This document shows positions 1 through 10,755 of a DNA stretch of 36,707 nucleotides, piece after piece. The stretch lies in assembly GCA_003614675.1 (NCBI GenBank), contig ML002372.1, forward strand, positions 1 to 36,707. Reading direction: 5' to 3'. The stretch comes from Dimargaris cristalligena. Lineage: Eukaryota. Made by a program: the position numbers and the translations under genes. Below the pieces are notes generated by a model that was not told where the DNA came from, ran no database searches, and saw only the letters and a list, made by a program, of their open reading frames with translations. How positions within the stretch are numbered: the stretch's first letter is position 1; every line of letters starts with the position of its first letter.

Positions 1-47
1 TGCGAAAAATAGATAAAAAATAAAAGTAGGTAAAAAATGTGGTAAGT

Positions 48-521
48 TCACCACACCTGGTACTATGGGGCCATCATTTATCATATACTACCTGCTGGCC
101 GGACCCCCTGGTGTTCACACTAATCACTCTGCTGTCAATCTGAGGACTCTTCCAGTTCTCCTGAGAGTCTTCCAGATACAAGGACTGCCCAGCTGACCCA
201 CTTATCAATACCTTAGTTATAGTACTTTCCCTTGGGAACCTCCCTTTGGAGTTGTCCCCCACATATATATAACTAGACCCCCTTGGGACTAGTTAGGATC
301 CTTAGCTTGTCCATATCCCCTAGTTTACCCCCAATATAGTTACTATATATACTCCTCTCTTTTGTACTGACCAGTAAGTGTGCACTGCTGCATGCCCCTT
401 ACATATTATTGTAATTAGCCTTTATTTGGTTAGTACTGTACCCCTACCTAATGCTAGTAGCCCACTTGGCTGAGACTAAGCCCCACCTACTGTTAGAAGC
501 CTACCCCTGAGACTCTTGACA
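48..521. mobile_element. Decayed dispersed repeat (probable retroelement relic), copy 1
   Basis: Aligns in the same orientation with ~36047-36512; 108-185 vs 36102-36179 gives 62/78 identities by hand count. No CpG between 102 and 667. All frames tried are broken by stops. Confidence 0.8.
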
Positions 522-864
522 AATTAAGAGTGAATAACCTGGGTGACATCCACTTTATATGTTTAAGTTGATGGTGATTTAGGGCTATAGGATAACTAAT
601 TTTACTAGAATTGGAACTAAAATAGATTGGATATATAATAGGATTGATTGTTGTGATATATATAATACGGATCAAGGTGAACATTAAGGCAGGCGCGCAT
701 AATCCGAGGGTGTTTAGCCATTTCAAACCAGTTGTACATTTAAACTATTCAATAGTAGCAGTCAAGCAGAGCTGCTAGCCCGAGGGGAATATCCCGAATT
801 ATTCTTATACCCGACGATTGGATGGACCCGATATGGGGTATGGTGGGACAGACAGTCGAGACGA

Positions 865-2170
865 TTATTCAACGGTCAATGGCTCGAGGAACCCCTTAAT
901 TTGAGAACTTAAACCTTTAATGGCTAATCGGCCGCCCATGGTTTCATCAGTTTTCTCTAGGGCCTCGCGGAATTGCTGCATGGACGGATTGCATGGCAGG
1001 CTCTTAACGACGGAGATATATAGCATAAGGATATACTCCAAGGGTTTTGCTTCGGACATCAGCTGAGGTAGGCGACCGTTATTATCGGCAGGGGTAGAGG
1101 GGTGGCTCTCCCGCAGCGTTGAATAAAGAAGCAGTCCGAAATTCGTGATGGCTTGGGCCTGGGGCATAAGCACATTATCGTTGACGGAAAGGGGTTTAGT
1201 GGTTTGGGGTTTTGTATTCGCAATTTCCCTTAAACGTTGTGTGAACCACCCATCAGTGCCGGAAAATTCATCTCGAATGGCACCCCATTTAGTCTTGGTG
1301 TATTGGGGCGCAAATATAATGGGAGATTCCAATGTCGCATCCGGGGACACGCTGTCCGCATCCGGGAAGGAGGAGAAGGATCCTGTGGATTTTAACGAGG
1401 ACAACGGCTGGCCAAATAAAGCCTGACTGTCCATCAATAACGCAAATAAATCAGAGAGGCCCCACGCAATGGCTCGGCTAGCCTGACTAAGGTTACATAT
1501 GTTGACCTCGAACGGTACCACAGCCTTGGGTGGGGGCTGGGGAGGGGCAAGGGGATCGACGGAATTGGGAGTCAGTTGCAAATGGGTGCCACCCAAATGA
1601 CGCTCGGTAAACCAGCGGAATAGGAAATGGTCTATAAGATTGGAATTATGCATATCCATGTGATATTCGTCGGGGTGCTCGGAATCGATAAAATAGAAGA
1701 GGCGCGCCACGGTGGGTTTGTCTTCGTCGATTTGTAAATAATGTTGGCTGGCCATTTTATGCTGCCTGATTTTTTTTTTCAGGCCGGCTATTTTACCCTT
1801 GATAGGCTGGATTTTTTCAGATAACGACTCAGTCCATGACTTAGGGATGTCACTAGTCGTAGGCATGTCACTAGTCACAGGCGTGCCACTAGTCTTAGGC
1901 TTGTTACTGGCGACAATGTTATGTAGACAGGTTCAGGTGCGCAAAGGGTATCAAATATGGGTAATGTAAAGCAGAGTTAAGCGGTGAGGATTATGGAAAC
2001 CATTAAAAACACTCAATTGGAATAGCCCCTAATGGGGTTGCAATGGGACGGTGGTGGTTTGGAAAAAGCGCCGAGACATTTCTACTCTTGGGTTTCAAAA
2101 CTACCAGTGAGCAGGTCGAATTGTACAACAATAACGATTAAAGATATACTTACAATAAACTGATATGCAT
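865..2170 (-). CDS. Hypothetical protein (~350 aa) with N-terminal 6-aa tandem repeats
   Basis: Long ORF 865-1878 starts at GTG and stays open a little further upstream. A phase-compatible model joins ATG exon 2170-2154 (donor GTAAGT) to a CAG acceptor with exon 1906-865, giving MHISLF-NKPKTSGTPVTSDMPTTSDIPKS. The 5' exon is tentative; no domain recognised. Confidence 0.55.
1841..1911 (-). repeat. 18-bp minisatellite, about 4 degenerate units
   Basis: Minus-strand units gccagtaacaagcctaag / actagtggcacgcctgtg / actagtgacatgcctacg / actagtgacatccctaag (peptides SNKPK, TSGTPV, TSDMPT, TSDIPK). Confidence 0.75.
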
Positions 2171-2442
2171 GGTAAATTGAAGGGGCTCATCAGAGGCATT
2201 ACAGCCTTCAGTTCTACTTTTGGACGATAAACCAAATCCATACTTAGAGAGAATATCAATTCGCTGTAAGGTGGTGAAGCAGGTAATTCAATTGATTTAT
2301 GAGATGCAAATATATAAATTGATGCATAAATAAATACCGGCTTAATTAGACAACTTTAGGGTTCGGCCAACGTGTTTCGAACGGGAAAGTCCCTCAAATC
2401 AATTTAGAAAGACCATCCTCTCAGAGGATTAGTTCGAGGACA

Positions 2443-3645
2443 TCAACGGGCAACAATCGGTAGGAGTAGCCGGCACGTAATGCTACCACGGCGGAATGGA
2501 CAATTTTTACTTACATCTGCAATACGGACTCGTACCTCGTTTAGGAATTCCTCGTCAAACCCGCCGGTGAGATAAGACTCCGTAGTTTTGATAGCGGCTT
2601 TACTATCACCTAAAAACTGCATGCTTACCATCGAAATCGGCTTTCCCTTATAGTGCATTTGGTGCTCTCGTACATCCGGCAGGGCGGGCCACTCGGACGG
2701 GGGTACGTTTTGCAATCCGTTCTGATTTTTGGTTGTCGCGTACGCCCTAATTTCCCGGTTGGTTGAATAACTGAATAGCATAGTGTCACCACTGAACCCC
2801 ACGGTAGTTCCGGCATCCTTCTTGTAAAGCAAGTCGACTAATGCCACCTGGTGCAAAGTATTGCCAAAGGCCATCAACTGGGATTGCTGACGAACCTTGG
2901 CTGCGACAACCATTTCTCTCTCCCCTTTAATCGCCAACTGATACTCTCGGTCTTCTAGATTGTACCCCATTACTGACGATCCTAGGCGGGTGAACTCGTT
3001 CGAAAAAGTTGAATACAAGCGAGAAGTCAGGTCGGGCTCCTTGCCTTTCGAAAACCTGCGGGTGACGAATTCGGTGGCTTGGTCCAGGTTAATAACGGGC
3101 GACGCGCTAGTCGAGACCTCGCTTCTCTCCCGCCGACCATCGCCTCCGTTGTTCCCGGGGGATTGGCCAAAATTCCCCTGGACTTGCAGGGTCAAGGTCT
3201 CGCCCCCCACGCGCTCGGTCGAACTGAGTCGGCGTTGAATGTACACCAAATAGCGGTGGGTAATGTCACACCATCGTACATGAATAATTTGTAAAGCGGT
3301 TCCAATGGGGTCGTTGATTTTGTTGAACGGGTTGCGGGTCGTCATCATCTGGATATCTTGTCTCATCAGCGTAGAAGCACCCGGTCTCGTTCCCTCCATC
3401 TTTTTAGAGGCCGATTTGTTGATTATCTGGCTAACACAGTTCTCAACTATGGCCTGGATGTTGGCGAAAGGAAGCAGCTCTCTGTCCTGAGCATTGAAAG
3501 GGTTCCATAATTGCAGGAGAGGGACGGATTCCTTGGTCCGAGAGTCGAGATTAGCGTGGGTCTCGCTGTTAAATGCGACGAGTACGCAAAGCACCCCCAG
3601 CGTGACGTACGCCAGCGGTCGATTACGAGAAAATATGTGGCACAT
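2443..3645 (-). CDS. Hypothetical secreted protein, 400 aa, intronless CDS
   Basis: First ATG of the 419-codon ORF is at 3645. N-terminus MCHIFSRNRPLAYVTLGVLCVLVAFNSETHA has a basic n-region, a hydrophobic h-region and a T-H-A cleavage-like site. Composition looks globular; no family recognised. Confidence 0.7.
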   Translation of the reverse strand: MCHIFSRNRPLAYVTLGVLCVLVAFNSETHANLDSRTKESVPLLQLWNPFNAQDRELLPFANIQAIVENCVSQIINKSASKKMEGTRPGASTLMRQDIQMMTTRNPFNKINDPIGTALQIIHVRWCDITHRYLVYIQRRLSSTERVGGETLTLQVQGNFGQSPGNNGGDGRRERSEVSTSASPVINLDQATEFVTRRFSKGKEPDLTSRLYSTFSNEFTRLGSSVMGYNLEDREYQLAIKGEREMVVAAKVRQQSQLMAFGNTLHQVALVDLLYKKDAGTTVGFSGDTMLFSYSTNREIRAYATTKNQNGLQNVPPSEWPALPDVREHQMHYKGKPISMVSMQFLGDSKAAIKTTESYLTGGFDEEFLNEVRVRIADVSKNCPFRRGSITCRLLLPIVAR

Positions 3646-5517
3646 GTTAGGAGGCAGTGTCAGAGTTGGAGTGGGTGGATGGGGGGTCTTAGAATAAAGC
3701 AATACTAAAATAAGGGAACCTTTATAACTGAAGAAAAGGCCGTAAATTTAGTATAAACCGCCACACTATTGAATACCGACAGTAATGTCCTTGGTTAAAC
3801 TAATGGTTAAATATAATACGCCTGGATATTGGGGAAATAATTGACGTTGACTTATGTGGACACAAAAAGAGGGCATACATTAGTAGAGAAAGGCAGCGGA
3901 GAAGAGGGGACAATACCTGTAGTTTATAAACGGGGGAGCCAAGCGTGGTTTATATAAGGGAAAACGATAGTGGTGGCGGCTGGAGCAGAAGTTGGCCAAT
4001 AGTGCCCGGGCACCTGCGGAGGGAATTTTCTAATATATCCAACTGCTTGGAGAGGAAGTGGGCCATCTAGCCTGCGGGAGGGGAAACGGGAGTCTTCCTT
4101 TCATCTTGTTCTATTTTCAACTTCATTGAATTGTCAGGGTTACACTATACCCAATAAACAGAATTTTTGGGAGGCCAATTGAAATTGAGTAAAAGATCCA
4201 TGTCCCCCGTTGCATTAAAACTAGTCGCAGTAGAGAGCAAAGTCTGCGGGTCGACTTGGGGAAGGAAGAGCAGAGGACGGATGAAGAAGGACCCTATACC
4301 CCTGCGCTTGCGAAAACGAAGGGAGATAAATATCGGGAGACCAAATGGATAAGGCGCGGAAACTGGCTAAACGAAAATGGCTCATATAGTGTAATATATT
4401 AACCGGGACACTTGTTTAAGGGCATTTGCTATGAGCCCTCCCTATTTCCTCCCCGCTCCTACTCTTCGGGATCCAGCATGGGTAGGTCGAAATCCAATGA
4501 GCAGTTAGTTACACTGGGCTAAGCCTCGCCTTTCTCCAACCGAGCTCTCACCTTGACGGCATATTACATGTTCTGCTTGTCAGATTATACACGACCATTT
4601 CGGTTTCGGAACAGGCAGAAAAAAGCCACACCAGGCCCATCTGCTGTTGAATGGAAATATACACATTGATGACCCAGTTGCACATATAATATTTACTAGA
4701 CGATTGAATCATATATTAACTAATAAGCCTAGTAAGCCGCTGTTGAAAAATTATAAACAATATGTAATTTATATTGGGGTCCAATTTATGGCAAATACTA
4801 TACAAGCGCAACACACCCACATACACAGGTTGGACAACTGTACTGTCGACTTTTATTTTTAGTCCATCACTCAACCGTTTGAAGGGCGGGCCACAAAAGG
4901 GGGGTCTCGGTGTCTATCCCCACTTTCACGACTAAAGTCTGTAAAGAATTAAAACGACGACATACCCGTACATTATAATAATGGTCACATTGGCGACTTG
5001 AAAAAAAAAAGACAAAGTTGAAATCCAACGACAATTGGGTGAAAACCGGGGTGGGGGGGTTGAGTACAAAGAGCCTTGGCTACAACGGATGATATCCGAG
5101 AATGATACAAGGAAATTCGGGGAATGGAGGCCGGAAAGGGGTGAACATAATGCTCGAAAAAGAAAAAAAACGGCCGCATTAGGATAATAGAGTCGTTGCC
5201 AAACCGCGAAGGAGCTGGCGGTCAATTTTCGGGTCGACGATAATTGGGCTTGGTTGGGAGAACACCGCCTACGAAGGAAGTGAGGGGACATAGCTGGTTG
5301 GGGCTGTAGTGCCTCGGTCCAATAGATCGTCTAAGATAGTCAGCCCAAAATAGGGTGCATTCTTTTTATTTGAACGAGGGGTTGGCCCCGTTGACCTCAC
5401 GGTCCGTAAAAGAGGGGGAGAAGGATGGCCTGCTAAGATAGCGGACTTTTGTTTAACAACCGAGGGGAATACAAATGGCCAGATGTGTTGCGGGGTCGGG
5501 AATGGTGGACGAGGAGG

Positions 5518-7266
5518 CTATTGCTGGTGGTGGGTATGTCGATGAGTGGAGGAAAGCGAGTGGCGAATGGGATTAGAGGAAGCGGAGGGGGAGGCGACAG
5601 TAGTACCGTCGTCTCTCATGGCGCCCAGAGTTAACTTCGCGTTGGTCTCCTCCAGCTCCTTTCGGAGTCGGCCCATTTCGTCTGTCAGATATTCCACCTG
5701 CTCCTCCAGGGCCTGTACGTACGCCTTTTTTTTGCGTCGGCACTCTTTGGCTGCAATACGGTTGCGCAGAAGCCGACGCTGCCGGCGTTCGTCGGAGGTG
5801 GTCGTGCCGCCCCGTTTGGCAATTCCACCACCACCACTGACACTGTGCATAGGGTTGGTGGTCGCGGCGGTGAAGTGGGGAGCGGCACCGCCCTTACTAG
5901 ACGCCGAGGGCCTGTGGGTAAGTGGAGTTTGGTCATTTCCACCGACACTATAGAAGGAACCCGATGGAGTGGCGTGTCCTTCACCACCTGCGCCATCCAG
6001 TATATCAAAGGCGGGGCTGGATGGCAGGGTGGGGTTGGCCACCGTTGAATTCATCGAAAGAAGGCCACTGGTGGAAGAGCCCATACCGACTGAATCGATT
6101 GAGCCGTCGACAGAATGCCCCGACGAACCACCCGAAAAGCTTGGATGGGGTGACTGGGGATAGTGACCCGTGCCGGAGCCCTCTGCGGTAGCAGCCAATG
6201 GCTGCGGCGGGTAGCCATGTTGAGCGGATGTGGTAAACTCGCTCTCAAGATGAGACCCCACTAGTTCGCGCCGTTGTATCACAGTCGATGAGGTAGAGGG
6301 ATGGACGGGATAGCCGCCCGGGTTCGCCAGGTGAGAACCCGAGTGCGGGTCTTGCTCCATAGCGGTGGCCATGCCACCCGAAGTGTGGTGGTCAGTAGGA
6401 GACAGTGCCATGCCTGTTAAATCGCCATCCCTCCCAGCGATACTCCCTCCACTTCTTTCGCCGTGCCTTGGTGTTCGGTGGGGAGAGTTTTGGGATGGGT
6501 AGGGCAGAGGTAGTTGGATAGGCCGGCGGGGTCGGTTCAGATATTGGGAACGTGTCTTCTCCGGATCCGGGCCGATGGGGGTGGTCGGGCCGGGCGGGGA
6601 AGAAGGGTGTCTGCGGCTACTTTGGGCGTAGGCATGATCCATGGTATCAAAAACTGGAGGAGAGTAGTTGGCTATGTCGTGTGGTGCCAAGGCATGCGAG
6701 GATGCGAGGATGCCTGTGTTGCCAGGAGTCGCAGGAGATAATGATTGCATCGATGAATTGAGGGTTCGATAAGTGTAGTGCGGAGACGATCGGCCCGAGT
6801 GGGAATAGTATAACGAGGAATCTACACGGGCTGCTTCGGAGTACGAGCGGGTATGGGGGGACGACGGATGGGGCTTAGTGGCGTAGGAGGATGTGTCGGG
6901 ATAGACCGAAGTAGTCCCCCCGCTATAGGGTGAATAGGGGGAAAGGGGGCTATTTCCTCCGCCATGCTGCTTGGAGCCCACAGGGGCGTTGGCCTGACCG
7001 GTACCACTATCCCCGGGATACTTCCGGTTCTCGGCGGGGCCTCTCTCTGCGACACTGTAATCGCAGTGGTCTGATTTGAGAATCATGTAAGCCGATGGTG
7101 TATGCGTAAATGACCCGCAGCTGTGGCCAAAAAGGGTTGAGACGGCGTTATTGGGAGTTGCGCGAGGAGCACAATATTCACGGAGTGATTTATAGGAACG
7201 GGTAGTGCGTAGAATTCGGAAGCCGTGTTCTTCGGATTTGATATCAATGGCGTTCGACGAGCTCAT
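5518..7266 (-). CDS. CREB/ATF-type bZIP transcription factor (582 aa ORF)
   Basis: C-terminal basic region and zipper DERRQRRLLRNRIAAKECRRKKKAYVQALEEQVEYLTDEMGRLRKELEETNAKL (about 5626-5793) match the CREB-like pattern RL-x-[KR]-N-R-x-A-A-x-E-C-R-R-K-K-K-x-Y-V. The rest is Ser/Pro/Gly/His-rich. A short in-frame intron near the N-terminus cannot be excluded. Confidence 0.9.
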   Translation of the reverse strand: MSSSNAIDIKSEEHGFRILRTTRSYKSLREYCAPRATPNNAVSTLFGHSCGSFTHTPSAYMILKSDHCDYSVAERGPAENRKYPGDSGTGQANAPVGSKQHGGGNSPLSPYSPYSGGTTSVYPDTSSYATKPHPSSPHTRSYSEAARVDSSLYYSHSGRSSPHYTYRTLNSSMQSLSPATPGNTGILASSHALAPHDIANYSPPVFDTMDHAYAQSSRRHPSSPPGPTTPIGPDPEKTRSQYLNRPRRPIQLPLPYPSQNSPHRTPRHGERSGGSIAGRDGDLTGMALSPTDHHTSGGMATAMEQDPHSGSHLANPGGYPVHPSTSSTVIQRRELVGSHLESEFTTSAQHGYPPQPLAATAEGSGTGHYPQSPHPSFSGGSSGHSVDGSIDSVGMGSSTSGLLSMNSTVANPTLPSSPAFDILDGAGGEGHATPSGSFYSVGGNDQTPLTHRPSASSKGGAAPHFTAATTNPMHSVSGGGGIAKRGGTTTSDERRQRRLLRNRIAAKECRRKKKAYVQALEEQVEYLTDEMGRLRKELEETNAKLTLGAMRDDGTTVASPSASSNPIRHSLSSTHRHTHHQQ

Positions 7267-8873
7267 TAATTGCTGGTAGTTGTGACTAAAAATGGGTTTG
7301 GATGGGAAGGTGACGGGGCCGGGTTACGTTATCGTCGGTTTTGGCCTGGAGTGCAACTAAAATCGCCTGGGCTTCGTATAGCAATGCGGTAGCCGCACAG
7401 TGGCCTAATATAATAAAAGACGGTTGTTAATAAAACAGCGCAAGAGAGGTGCAGGAGAGGAAGGAGAGGAGGAACCGCGGGAGGTGGGGGTTATACTAGT
7501 GTCTGAATCTAGGCGGTTGGAGGGGTTAATGCATGAGCCTGATGACGTGGGTCTCACAACTATGGTAGGTTTAATAGATTGGTGCTGTGACGCGAATGGA
7601 AGGTGATGGGTGAGGAGAGTGATAAGAGAGGCATTCGGAATATTCCAGGGGGAACGAGCCGCAAGGGGTTAACCGGATAAGATAAGGGCGCGAGCGAGGC
7701 GAAAGAGGAGACATTAGGAAGTTCGGAGGAAACCAACATACAACAGAAAATGGTGGTTAGTATGTCTTAGTCAGCCTATTAATATCGCAGTGTGACAAAA
7801 CAGTCCATCCGAAAGGGGCGAGTGTGGTAGATTAGGCCGTGGGGTATTGACGTAACCAGAGCAAGGGTATACAAGAAGGGTCCGCCAATGGGTTCGGATC
7901 CCGATTGATCGGGTCTAATAAACATTAGGGAATGAATGCGCCGTATTTGGAACATGCCATTCAAGGTTCGGGCCAAACCCCGCCTCTCCCTCACGTCTGT
8001 GGGGGGGATTACTACCGAAAGTAAATAGCCTACAAATTGGAGAGTGGCTCAAATGAACGAGAGAAGGGGATTCGTCGTGGTACCGGCTATACCCCGTTTT
8101 ACTCGTAAATAATAACCAGATAATAACGAAACGGTACCTCTCTTTCAACCCAAACTCAAAACGACAATACCACCACAAAACCAGATTACGGACATGAAGG
8201 GTTCACTTTAGGTGGTAGCCATGGTAATCAGCCCAGTGATTGGACACCTCTATTAATGACCGATGACGTAATGAGTGTGATGAATGAATGACACGATGAC
8301 GACTTACCCTAATTGGGGCAATGGGCACACTACTGCTGACCGAGGAAGGGTGTTGCTAGTGACGGGGTATACAGGGCTGGGGCACAGGCAAAATACAGAA
8401 TAACCTTAAGCAACTGGAATGGGGGGGAGGCCTCTTTAACAAGTAGCCCAGTGGGAGGAAGAAATGTGGAGGGATATCGTTGCGCGAATGATAATTTCAA
8501 TATTGCATGTATATAGAATTTAAATGAAGAGCGGGTATATTTGATGTACAATATAATGCAGGGCAGGGAGGAAATCTAGTATTTAGGAACGCACGAGGCA
8601 AAGGGTGGCCATGTAGGATACTTGGATTAACTTTTTAGTTGGGTATAGCAGTGGTAATAATATACAGGCCTAAAAAAATAGGGAAGTGAATAGCGAGGAA
8701 TACGCGGCGAGTAGAGGGCCACGCGACAATACAAATGAAAAATAGAGCGAAGAGAAGAGCGACCGAGAAGCTGATTGTAAGATATGGAGAATGTATTGAT
8801 ACCACCAAAAATCGGAATAATAGCTAGTCAAACGAGAAGAGAACCGGCAAAATTTGGGGGCAGCGCTCGGGAG

Positions 8874-8883
8874 TATATAAATA
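8874..8883. promoter_or_regulatory. TATA-like element
   Basis: TATATAAATA on + (TATTTATATA on -), next to a tract at 8700-8840 that is pyrimidine-rich on the minus strand. Orientation is ambiguous. Confidence 0.3.
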
Positions 8884-9012
8884 GCCATCGGTCTTCAAGA
8901 AACCCCAATGAAAGTGGGCTATGGAAAAGCCGGGAAAGATCTCACCCCTCCTGTACGCTGGTAGATCGGATAGTAACGAGAGGAGGACGAGGTTCTCCTC
9001 CCAAGAAAAAAA

Positions 9013-9020
9013 TGACGTCA
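9013..9020. promoter_or_regulatory. Perfect CRE palindrome TGACGTCA upstream of the bZIP gene
   Basis: Exact CREB/ATF consensus, with further TGACGT sites at 7543, 7848, 8264, 9111-9118 (reverse) and 10301. Confidence 0.5.
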
Positions 9021-10687
9021 GTGGACTTGAGTGGGATAGGGAATTACCCGCCTACTATTGGGTTTTCCCCCATTGAAATCGCACAGCCCCCGCGTACTCA
9101 CCACCCACCTTCACGTCAAGAATGTCGTCATGCCCTATTGATTCGGCAGCCCAACCACACGGTCCCGGCAATTCGGACCGCCCCCTTTCTCCCTTCCCAT
9201 TCCCATACACCACTTGGCTGGCTGTGGGTGATTTGTGGGGAACCCCAGGTCCGCTTGCTTAGCAGCTCAGGCAGGGATTTCACTCACCCCAACCGGGTCA
9301 ACAGACGTGCTAATAATAAATTGGCGCTATTGGCTATTAGTGCAGTTACGGTTGGATCTGATAGTCGAGTAGGCCTGAAAGTTCTCTGCTGGGTTTTTTT
9401 TCCTCCGGAACTTCCTTACCCAACTGCCGGGAATGTTGCACCGTCACCAGCCGGACCCCCGTGGGTCCCAAGGACGAGTGCGGGCAGTGGCTGACCATTC
9501 TCTTACCTATTTTGCCTGTTTGGAAATAAATGAATGACCCCCCCCCCCGACTGACAAACCCTATTCGCCCTCTGACCTACTTCGGGCACTCTGTAGGCCA
9601 AGGCGGTATATAGCAATAGATGCCGTAGACGGTGGGTCATTTGCGGGAGACACCACATACCTGCTCCCCCCGCCACTATCTCGCCCGTAATTAGGTTTGG
9701 GTGGTGTCGGTGACCATACGTCGACCCCTCCATACGTAATATGCCCCTTTCGGATGACATTCTATCCATTACCGCCACGCCTCCGTATGCCAAGGTAGGG
9801 GGATGAAGTCCCCCCTTTTTATTTGCATGCTGCTCTTCTGTTCATACATAGTATGCAAACACCCCTCCCCAAATGTATGTACGTATACGGGGCAATTCTC
9901 AGTACCTCTATAGCAGCCACGCTGGGTATCAAAACCTTCACCATGGTGCAGCCCACCCCCGCCGCTTCAGCTCTGATTCTTATGGGTCTGGGTCCAATCC
10001 ACAAGCTCCCCACGGGACTGCCGTAGATCCGAGTATAAGTTATTTATACCTTTAATTCGCGTGAAAATGAGCAACGCCGCCGCTCTTCTCCTATACCGGT
10101 TTAACCATAGTGGTGTCATACAGGGGCATGACGACACGAGGACAGTGTGTAGAGTTGATTGCGCCTGCATTACGCAGACCAAATACCGGGTCGCTCCGTC
10201 CCCCGCCTATCTTCCCTTACACATTACCTTAGAATGATGGATGACCTACTTTGATGAGCGAATATGCCAGTAATCCATCTTTTTCGTATATATGGAAACA
10301 TGACGTACTGAAGGAGAGTATGGGAGCTTTGCATTAGGGGGGGGATTGGCTATGGATGCGGGGGCCTCTCCGTTTTATTGGCCACCGTGGATTGATTACC
10401 TTTGACAGCGACATTCAGGAGAGTAATAAAGGGGGGGAGGGTACAAAAGCTTTAAGTAGTAGTGGTGATGTCGATCTCGATCGAGGACACCTAATCGGTA
10501 TTTTTTAATTGGTTCCAATCGCTGACTATAAAGCCCCTCTCGCCAAGGTTTCACCCAAGTTCGATGCCCCCCCCCCCAGTTAGCCAGGGACATCTTAGTA
10601 GGTTTCCATCATCATTGTCATCACCAGTATCGTCATGGCGGTTGGATTGCGGCATGTGACTGTCGTATCTAATCACCATCACTGGTC

Positions 10688-10755
10688 AGCTAAATCGGGT
10701 TGGGTGACTTTGCTGAGCCGCTCATACGCCACGCGTCCCAGCCCGATTTACAGCT
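10688..10755. other. Intergenic inverted repeat / hairpin
   Basis: Arms TAAATCGGGTTGGG (10691-10704) and CCCAGCCCGATTTA (10737-10750) pair 13/14 plus one U-G wobble on the + strand. The 32-nt loop holds TGAG-CCG-CTCA. Confidence 0.55.

Noticed and set aside
74-726. Short ORFs in the terminal repeats (also 36278-36496), and a THSAV/SDH-like endonuclease hint near 117-140
   Set aside because: Frames are not preserved between the two copies and no further retroelement motif could be aligned.
4932-5291. 119-aa minus-strand ORF downstream of the bZIP gene
   Set aside because: Poly-T-driven Phe runs and its position fit a 3' UTR better than a gene.
7885-7915. GGTTCG-containing segment resembling a tRNA T-arm
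   Set aside because: No cloverleaf, acceptor stem or D-arm can be formed.
8784-9494. 236-aa + strand ORF
   Set aside because: No recognisable domain or protein-like composition, and it overlaps the probable bZIP promoter. Likely a chance ORF, though not disproven.
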